Shown here: piece after piece, positions 27,277-32,861 of the stretch
Position numbering within the stretch: position 1 is the first letter of the stretch
How the letters are laid out: each line of letters starts with the position of its first letter
The notes under the pieces: generated by a model
The model's database searches: none
What the model was told of the DNA's origin: nothing
What the model saw: only the letters and a program-made list of their open reading frames with translations
Position numbers and translations under genes: made by a program
Source of the DNA: Candidatus Promineifilaceae bacterium
GTDB lineage: Bacteria; Chloroflexota; Anaerolineae; Promineifilales; Promineifilaceae
DNA: 64,000 bases
Reading direction: 5' to 3'
Assembly: GCA_041987425.1 (NCBI GenBank)
Contig: JBHIWP010000002.1
Coordinates: 18,608 to 82,607 of the forward strand

Positions 27277-28196
27277 TTCCACTCCCACCAGATAACATCT
27301 GGGCTACCCCCACGAAACACCACGACCGCAGACGGAAACGGGGCGCTATTTTCAGCGTTACCAAACTTTAGACGGCCCCGCAAAAAGCGAATTTCGCCAC
27401 GTATGCAATAATCCCACCACCAGCCGGTATCTGTTCTGGCTGGGATAAGGCATACAACCGTCGCACCTTGCATCGATGCCTCCCACGCCTTTGCCATCCA
27501 GTTTTTAATACCATCGCCGTAGGGGGGATTCATCCAGCACACGGCCGTTCCCCAGTCTTGGGACAAGCCATCATCCTCTGGAGAAAAGAATTGCTCACAT
27601 TTGGTATTTGTCACAAGGGCGCAAACGTCAAGATTGAAACCAAATTCAACGTCTAGCAAATCAAATAAATCTTGTGGGGTTTCCCATTCACCTTTTTCGC
27701 TGCTGTAATGAACATCCATATAACGGCCGTTGCTTGCCGGTGGTGTCCATTCATCATCTTCGTATGGTTCAGGATCGGCACTTTCGCCGTCTGCGCTCCA
27801 TAAAGGCGCAAGGTATTCCCGCTTCGTGGCTTCTACGTGCGCGGCCGTTACCTTGCCGTTTGGGGCACTCTCTACGGCCCGCTGCCACACTTCGCGCTGT
27901 TGCTCTGGCTTTAGACTGGTTAAGGGGCGTATTTGACTTTCGTTCTCTGGTTTGGAACCAATTGGTTCCAATACCAAAACCGTTTCGCTAGCGGCAATAA
28001 GCCTATTAGCGTTTTGCCGTGTCATCCCCCACCGCTCCCGGCAATACTCCTCAAACGTGCCGTATTCTTGCCGGTACAAACGGCCGTCACGGATAGCCAA
28101 TAACGCATTGCCAACGTCAACGAACGTTTTTAACCCACGCTCAATCGTTGCTTCGTATTGTTGTAATTCTGTCTGCTCTGTTAACGAGAGTTGCAT
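27273..28196 (-). CDS. Phage DNA N6-adenine methyltransferase with an N-terminal ParB/KorB-like HTH domain
   Basis: WMNPPYG catalytic motif in the C-terminal half. The N-terminal 90 aa are the RDGRLYRQEYGTFEEYCRERWG type. Confidence 0.7.
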   Translation of the reverse strand: MQLSLTEQTELQQYEATIERGLKTFVDVGNALLAIRDGRLYRQEYGTFEEYCRERWGMTRQNANRLIAASETVLVLEPIGSKPENESQIRPLTSLKPEQQREVWQRAVESAPNGKVTAAHVEATKREYLAPLWSADGESADPEPYEDDEWTPPASNGRYMDVHYSSEKGEWETPQDLFDLLDVEFGFNLDVCALVTNTKCEQFFSPEDDGLSQDWGTAVCWMNPPYGDGIKNWMAKAWEASMQGATVVCLIPARTDTGWWWDYCIRGEIRFLRGRLKFGNAENSAPFPSAVVVFRGGSPDVIWWEWK

Positions 28197-28215
28197 TTTG
28201 AACCATAAAAAGTAA

Positions 28216-28279
28216 AAGGCTTCTGCCGGTTGCCGTTAGCGGGTGTCGAGACCGTAAACGAAAACTTAGCAGAAGCCTT
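28216..28279 (-). promoter_or_regulatory. Hairpin plus U-rich tract in the leader of the leftward early operon
   Basis: 11-bp arms AAGGCTTCTGC / GCAGAAGCCTT. On the minus strand they are followed by TTTACTTTTTAT just before the ATG at 28196. Confidence 0.35.
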
Positions 28280-28361
28280 GCGGCTAGTATATTAAGAATC
28301 TTGAAAATAGGGTAGGACTTGCGGCCAACCTGTTTTCGTTTATTACGATCTCGACAATGGG

Positions 28362-28390
28362 ATAATACCACAAACCTTTTTTGGTGTCAA
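28362..28390 (-). promoter_or_regulatory. Near-consensus sigma-70 promoter for the leftward early operon (TTGACA-17-TATTAT)
   Basis: Minus-strand reading: -35 at 28390-28385 and -10 at 28367-28362. Confidence 0.55.
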
Positions 28391-28396
28391 TAAACG

Positions 28397-28425
28397 TTGT
28401 GATATACTTTGCACCAAAATACAAT
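28397..28425 (+). promoter_or_regulatory. Promoter for the RHH gene (TTGTGA-17-TACAAT). The transcript would be leaderless
   Basis: -35 at 28397-28402 and -10 at 28420-28425. The ATG at 28433 lies 7 nt after the -10. Confidence 0.4.
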
Positions 28426-28440
28426 TTGCCATATGGCAAA
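28425..28440. promoter_or_regulatory. 16-bp perfect palindrome TTTGCCATATGGCAAA (candidate operator)
   Basis: Seen directly. It is centred on the start codon of the RHH gene and abuts its -10. Confidence 0.4.
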
Positions 28441-28624
28441 AAGGAAAGGTAATTACGTGGCTGGTCCTGGTCGTGATCCATTGTTCGATGAACCTATGGT
28501 AAGAATCCCCGGCACAATACCGGAATCATATAAAGAGCATTTGAAAAAAAGAGCCAAAGAAGAAGGTATTAGCATGGCCGAATACCTGCGCCGCCTCATT
28601 GACGCCGATATGCGGGAGGGTTAG
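28433..28624 (+). CDS. Ribbon-helix-helix (CopG/Arc-like) DNA-binding protein. Candidate prophage repressor
   Basis: MAKRKGNY...VRIPGTIPESYKEHLKKRAKEEGISMAEYLRRLI has the RHH pattern. Apart from int it is the only plus-strand gene in the prophage, and it is divergent from the early operon. Confidence 0.55.
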   Translation: MAKRKGNYVAGPGRDPLFDEPMVRIPGTIPESYKEHLKKRAKEEGISMAEYLRRLIDADMREG

Positions 28625-28818
28625 GGCTTATCGAACGCCTTCACAATGTCAACGGCCGCACACCACGCGAAGAACTCAATACACTGATTAATCACAGGTA
28701 AAAAGTGTTCATATTGCTCCTGTGACAATCTGCCGTCCTCTATTTCCTTTTTGATTTCGTCACGAAAGAGCTTTTCGTAATACCCGATTATCCTGTCTGA
28801 TGCTTCACTGGTATCCAC
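28621..28818 (-). CDS. Small phage protein
   Basis: 65-aa ORF with a GTG start. Confidence 0.35.
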   Translation of the reverse strand: MDTSEASDRIIGYYEKLFRDEIKKEIEDGRLSQEQYEHFLPVINQCIEFFAWCAAVDIVKAFDKP

Positions 28819-28971
28819 TATCTCACCTTATCCTTTACCCTTCGCTGCGGCCGTTCCTGTTGCCGCGTTTCCTTCTGAATCAATTCGGCTTCCAAACACG
28901 GCCCGCACAATTGGCGCTCAGGCGTTGCGTAGTAAAACGCGCCGTTTCTGCGTAGCGGCTGCTGGCAATGG

Positions 28972-29448
28972 TCACAGCGTTCCGTTAAGGTACTCAACTA
29001 CTAACTGCTTTACGCTATCCAAATCGCGGCACACGGCCGTTTTGTAACCCTGCGCGGCTAATCTATCCAACCAATCCCGCTGCGCCTCTGTGGGCTTGTT
29101 GTAGCCCACTTTCAGCTCTACATAGAGACCGTGATACCCGCTCCGAGCAACAGCAAGAAAGACATCCGGCACACCGGCTTTTAATCCCGGTTCCGGTCGC
29201 TGCCCTGGTCGGTATTGCCCGTTTGGGATGGCGTACATCATGGCGAGTTCTGGTAGGTCATAGACGGCCGTTTCTGCCCATTCAAATACCGCCGCTTGTA
29301 AGTCGTGTTCGGAGCCTTGCCACTGGCTGCGCTTCCCGCGCTCATCGACCTGCTGAACCGTCACAGCGCGGCGACCTGGGCCGCGTCCAAATAGTTCAGG
29401 ATTCAAAGCGACGGTATCAGGGGAGTAATTGCTAGGGTCAAGGGTCAT
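28972..29448 (-). CDS. VRR-NUC domain nuclease
   Basis: GVPDVFL...GLYVELKVGYNKPTEAQRDWLDRL matches the VRR-NUC D...ExK core. Confidence 0.7.
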   Translation of the reverse strand: MTLDPSNYSPDTVALNPELFGRGPGRRAVTVQQVDERGKRSQWQGSEHDLQAAVFEWAETAVYDLPELAMMYAIPNGQYRPGQRPEPGLKAGVPDVFLAVARSGYHGLYVELKVGYNKPTEAQRDWLDRLAAQGYKTAVCRDLDSVKQLVVEYLNGTL

Positions 29449-29454
29449 TATTAG

Positions 29455-29697
29455 CTACTCACTATTAACTGGCTCAAGAACACATAATAATGACTTCAAG
29501 ATAGATTCATCGCTCAAACCGTCGATGGAATACCACCCACAAGCATAGTATTCCTCGCTATAGATTTCATATGCTTGAATAATGGTTTTGATACCAACTA
29601 CATACCCCGCCTCATGCAAAACTCCTTGCATTTTATAGGCATCATTTACCTGGAATGTTTCCGGCCCAAATTCCTGTTTTAGCTGCAATTCAATCAT
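29455..29697 (-). CDS. Small phage protein
   Basis: 80-aa ORF. Confidence 0.4.
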   Translation of the reverse strand: MIELQLKQEFGPETFQVNDAYKMQGVLHEAGYVVGIKTIIQAYEIYSEEYYACGWYSIDGLSDESILKSLLCVLEPVNSE

Positions 29698-29699
29698 AT

Positions 29700-29903
29700 T
29701 TACCGTCGCTTATTAATTTTCCTTAGTCTGTTTAGCTTGTCTCTTTTTGGTTGTTTTCCAATGTGCCAGCCACCGCAGAAATTGCAGCTATAGCTATGTA
29801 ATTTTGCGCCTAGTTGAATCATGGCAGCCACAGCACTGGTCTGACTTTCATATCTCTGCTTGCGCTTGCAGCTCTTTCGCCTTAGTCTGCGCTTACTCGC
29901 CAT
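29700..29903 (-). CDS. Small basic protein
   Basis: 67 aa, Arg/Lys-rich, containing a CNFCGGWH element. Confidence 0.35.
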   Translation of the reverse strand: MASKRRLRRKSCKRKQRYESQTSAVAAMIQLGAKLHSYSCNFCGGWHIGKQPKRDKLNRLRKINKRR

Positions 29904-29991
29904 TGTTTATTAAAAAGGCGGCGGTTCATACGCCGGTATTGCCTGCGGTTGCCAGATTGCACAGAGTACGCGCAGGCAACCGGCGCATAAA

Positions 29992-30225
29992 TCACGCGCC
30001 GTTATGGGTTCGCTGTACGGCTCTGCTTTCGTTGTGCGGCCACACATCAAGCCGCTTGCCGTTCTGATGTGAATGGCTCCCGTTTTGGTCTGGACTGGTA
30101 GTTTGGTTGTGTGCATTGTTAGCCTCTTTTGCAGCTTCGATAATGTCATCGTTGAAGCCCCAGGGGGCAACGAAGATGGGTTTGTAAATGTGCCAACGGC
30201 CGTCGATGCGAACGAAGGCGTTCAC
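29992..30225 (-). CDS. Small phage protein
   Basis: 77-aa ORF. Preferred over the overlapping 29910..30170 frame because its N-terminus looks like an ordinary protein start. Confidence 0.3.
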   Translation of the reverse strand: MNAFVRIDGRWHIYKPIFVAPWGFNDDIIEAAKEANNAHNQTTSPDQNGSHSHQNGKRLDVWPHNESRAVQRTHNGA

Positions 30226-30390
30226 AATATCTCACCATACGGCCCGCGCACCACGCCCTGCGCCCGTTCGTGTTTGGGTTTATTTCGGCTTAAGCGACTG
30301 GACAACCTGAGCGCGGCAACTACCAACACACTCGCCACAGCTGACAAACATGTAAATATTAGAATGGCTGTCATTATCATTGCCCTTTGC

Positions 30391-30425
30391 GCCCGGTGGG
30401 GAATTACCCCTAAACCCCACCGGGC
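30391..30425 (-). terminator. 11-bp perfect GC-rich hairpin after the 30451..30651 gene
   Basis: GCCCGGTGGGG at 30391-30401 and CCCCACCGGGC at 30415-30425. There is no strong U-tract. Confidence 0.35.
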
Positions 30426-30450
30426 ACATAGAAAAGGAGAAAGATGAAAC

Positions 30451-30651
30451 CTAGTCGTCTTTTAAATCTTGCATCTTTTCGATAAATTCTTTTTTGGTGC
30501 TTTCTGCACAGCGGTATATATCTGCCAGCGCTTCCTTAAGCTCAAGGTCATCCGTAGTTTGGAAAAGTATTCGGGTCAGTCGCATGATCCTGTTTTGACA
30601 GGCTATCGTGTTTTCCAAGTACTCAAGGTCCTTATAGGCTATTTTCGGCAT
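30451..30651 (-). CDS. Small phage protein
   Basis: 66-aa ORF. Confidence 0.4.
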   Translation of the reverse strand: MPKIAYKDLEYLENTIACQNRIMRLTRILFQTTDDLELKEALADIYRCAESTKKEFIEKMQDLKDD

Positions 30652-30952
30652 CGAAAATCTTTTCTAACTCAATACGCTTTTGGCGCTGTTGCTCATGCTC
30701 TAATGCCACAAAAAACAGCTTTGCCCCGCCAGCGCATAAAAATCCACCGCATATTACGAGGTACGTGGTCGGGTCAAGCCATTCGGTAAAGAACACAAAC
30801 GGCGCGGCTATGCCAAGTACAGTGGCAATTCCAATACCGCGCCGTGCTAATTCGTTGTGCTTAAGCCATCGGCCTATTGTGAAATGCTCAATACTGACCA
30901 CAGTGCCGACGATAAATAAATACAGCGTTGTTAAAAATTCGGTTTCGTTCAT
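30632..30952 (-). CDS. Small phage membrane protein
   Basis: 106 aa with 3 hydrophobic helices. It is the first gene of the leftward block next to int. Confidence 0.45.
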   Translation of the reverse strand: MNETEFLTTLYLFIVGTVVSIEHFTIGRWLKHNELARRGIGIATVLGIAAPFVFFTEWLDPTTYLVICGGFLCAGGAKLFFVALEHEQQRQKRIELEKIFDAENSL

Positions 30953-31063
30953 TTTTGAAATTTGGTCACAAACTGCGAGTGATGTGCTACCATGTGGTTA
31001 TCATTGTCCTGTGGTGCCTGGCTTGCCGCTTTGGTGAGCCGGGCACCTGCCCTATTAGCTGAC

Positions 31064-31101
31064 TGTAAACTGTTTGTAAACTATCCGTAAACCTTGCAAA
31101 C
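31064..31101. repeat. Four phased (T/C)GTAAAC / GCAAAC direct repeats between int and the leftward block
   Basis: TGTAAAC at 31064 and 31075, CGTAAAC at 31086, GCAAAC at 31096. Spacing is 10-11 bp. Confidence 0.3.
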
Positions 31102-31124
31102 GTTGGACAAATTTGTCACATTTT

Positions 31125-31177
31125 GGTCATGGAACCAGTTCCATTAAAACTTTAGTACCATGACCCCTGTTTTTTTT
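31125..31177 (+). promoter_or_regulatory. Nested dyad followed by a T8 run upstream of int
   Basis: Outer arms GGTCATGG at 31125-31132 and CCATGACC at 31158-31165. Inner dyad ATGGAAC-ca-GTTCCAT. TTTTTTTT at 31170-31177. Confidence 0.3.
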
Positions 31178-31255
31178 GGCGAATCTGTCCACTGTTTGTA
31201 CACTTGTCGGGCTGAACTGTAACCGCTTTCATCCAAAAAAAAGCAAGGCCCACAA

Positions 31256-32221
31256 GTGAATATTTTTGAATCCCTAAAGCGCCGGATGCTATCCACTTCT
31301 GTTCTATATCTCTCTGATGTACCAGAGTTCATAGCGCTTGTCCCTGGCACAAAAATGCGGGATGTTGCCCCCAGCACTCAGAAAAAGTACAAAGACTGTA
31401 TAGCCAGATTCATAGAGTTTATGGGTGAGGATGTGCCGGTTGAAACCATCGACCGGGAGACCTACGCCGCCTTTCACGAATGGCTTGGCACTCGTGGCAC
31501 ACGTGCCATTACCTGCAACGGCTACCGACGAAGGCAGCGGGCCATCTGGAACCGATTACGGGAGCGGGGCATAGACGTTTGTGATAACCGGGGGATATTT
31601 AAAGAGCAACTAGAACCGGCACAAAAATCTAAGGCCACGATGTACGGTCACATGCAATCTATGCTGCAACTCTCTAATGTGAGAGATACGGCCGTCATCC
31701 TCTACACCGCTTCCGCTGGCTTTCGTCGCCAGACGATCCCGCGCTTACGTGTGGACAATACGCGTATATGGCTATCAGATTCAGGCCAGTACCGTATCGC
31801 CTCAAAAATTCCACAGGAAAAGACAAGCCCGCCGCGTCTTATCATCGGCGACGAAGCCGCCGCGCTTGCCGTTAAATTGTGGTTGGAGATTCGGGAGTTC
31901 CAGGATTCGCCCTGGCTGTTTTACGAGATGCACAACGGCGACCAAATGAGCGAGTTCAACGTGTCGGACATTTTCGGACGCCTGCGCCGCGCTGCCAATA
32001 TTCCCGCATGGTCTAACGCTTCTGCACATGGCCTGCGTCACCGTTTTGCTCAGGAGCAACTAAACGAACACGATCAGAAAATAGTTGCTCAGTGGATGGG
32101 AATTAGCGTTGAAACTATGTTGAAGGTTTACGCACACCGTGACGAGGAATCATTAATCACGGCCCGGCTAGGGGATAAAGACTTTCCCAAAGAACTACTA
32201 AATGGTAATGGCAAATCTTGA
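31256..32221 (+). CDS. int: Tyrosine recombinase / phage integrase
   Basis: C-terminal HGLRHRFA ... VYAHRD (R-H-R-Y family) and an N-terminal SAM-like domain. Lies next to tRNA sequence. The start is uncertain (GTG at 31256, or the internal ATG beginning MLSTS). Confidence 0.8.
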   Translation: MNIFESLKRRMLSTSVLYLSDVPEFIALVPGTKMRDVAPSTQKKYKDCIARFIEFMGEDVPVETIDRETYAAFHEWLGTRGTRAITCNGYRRRQRAIWNRLRERGIDVCDNRGIFKEQLEPAQKSKATMYGHMQSMLQLSNVRDTAVILYTASAGFRRQTIPRLRVDNTRIWLSDSGQYRIASKIPQEKTSPPRLIIGDEAAALAVKLWLEIREFQDSPWLFYEMHNGDQMSEFNVSDIFGRLRRAANIPAWSNASAHGLRHRFAQEQLNEHDQKIVAQWMGISVETMLKVYAHRDEESLITARLGDKDFPKELLNGNGKS

Positions 32222-32224
32222 CGC

Positions 32225-32274
32225 TGGACTCAAGCCCGGTACAATTGGACTCTATAGCCGCAATTCGTGGACTC
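32225..32274 (+). repeat. Three direct TGGACTC repeats immediately after the int stop (candidate arm-type integrase sites)
   Basis: Copies at 32225, 32246 and 32268, spaced 21-22 bp. Confidence 0.3.
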
Positions 32275-32307
32275 GAACCCCCCAAACACGCCTTCCAAGC
32301 TCTTGTC

Positions 32308-32332
32308 ACGGGTTCGAATCCCGTCTGCCGCT
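32308..32332 (+). pseudogene. tRNA 3' fragment (T-arm plus 3' acceptor strand). Candidate att core / displaced tRNA end
   Basis: ACGGG-TTCGAAT-CCCGT followed by CTGCCGC-T. No matching 5' acceptor, D arm or anticodon arm is present upstream. Confidence 0.5.
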
Positions 32333-32366
32333 CTATCCAGCGCAGCAACGGTAGCAAACAGTAATA

Positions 32367-32438
32367 GGGCCTGTAGCTCAACGGCAGAGCAGTCGGCTCA
32401 TAACCGATCGGTTTCAGGTTCGAATCCTGGCAGGCCCA
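32367..32438 (+). tRNA. tRNA with CAU anticodon (elongator Met type, or Ile2)
   Basis: Hand-folded cloverleaf of 72 nt. Acceptor GGGCCTG/CAGGCCC, D stem GCTC/GAGC, anticodon loop CTCATAA, T arm TCAGG-TTCGAAT-CCTGG. G1-C72 is paired, so it is not an initiator. Confidence 0.85.
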
Positions 32439-32456
32439 TTTTTCCTACGCGTTAAA

Positions 32457-32837
32457 TCAATTGAGCAGATAGTAAGCTAATGTCCGCTGTAGGCTGATGA
32501 TATCGATTCCCTTTTTCAGCTCCTTTTGGATCGTTGGTTCAGGCCGGTTTCCAACCCAAATTTTCAGCTCTGCATCTCTGTCAAAGCGCCCTGCAGTCTC
32601 TACCGAAAAATATTTGATCGACTTATAAGGTACTGATAAGTATTCTACTTTCTTACCAGTTAAACCCTGTTTGTCGACCAAAATTAACCGCTTGTCAGTA
32701 AAAATAAAAAGGTCTCTAATCAATCTGAAGGCGGCCTTAACTTCTTCATTGGGTATAAAGATTTCCTCGTGCTCTTTTTGAACTTTTTTTGCGTCGGCCT
32801 GGGAGGCGTTTCCAAATACGGCATCGATAATACTCAT
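32457..32837 (-). CDS. Bacterial PH-domain protein (YokE-like)
   Basis: LFIFTDKRLILVDKQGLTGKKVEYLSVPYKSI pattern. A/T-richer than its surroundings. Confidence 0.6.
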   Translation of the reverse strand: MSIIDAVFGNASQADAKKVQKEHEEIFIPNEEVKAAFRLIRDLFIFTDKRLILVDKQGLTGKKVEYLSVPYKSIKYFSVETAGRFDRDAELKIWVGNRPEPTIQKELKKGIDIISLQRTLAYYLLN

Positions 32838-32861
32838 TGTTCTCTCCTATAGTTAGCTTAG

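Larger units (their letters stand above)
1..32340. mobile_element. Integrated temperate tailed-phage genome (siphovirus-like). The left end is beyond the window and the right end is at the integrase / tRNA-fragment junction
   Basis: Contiguous minus-strand tail, head, packaging, replication and lysogeny modules end at a tyrosine integrase. A tRNA 3' fragment and an intact tRNA follow immediately. Confidence 0.85.

Noticed and set aside
28433-28818. RHH gene plus the adjacent small ORF as a toxin-antitoxin pair
   Set aside because: The two ORFs are convergent on opposite strands and overlap only at their 3' ends. Promoter and operator geometry fits a repressor role better.
31144-31377. 77-aa minus-strand ORF overlapping the integrase start
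   Set aside because: It overlaps the int N-terminus and the regulatory repeats. It has no coupling or ribosome-binding context.
32256-32333. Possible complete second tRNA next to int
   Set aside because: A 6/7 acceptor pairing (AGCCGCA/TGCCGCT) and a weak D arm can be drawn. No anticodon stem can be formed, so only the T-arm and 3' end are tRNA-like. It is treated as a fragment.
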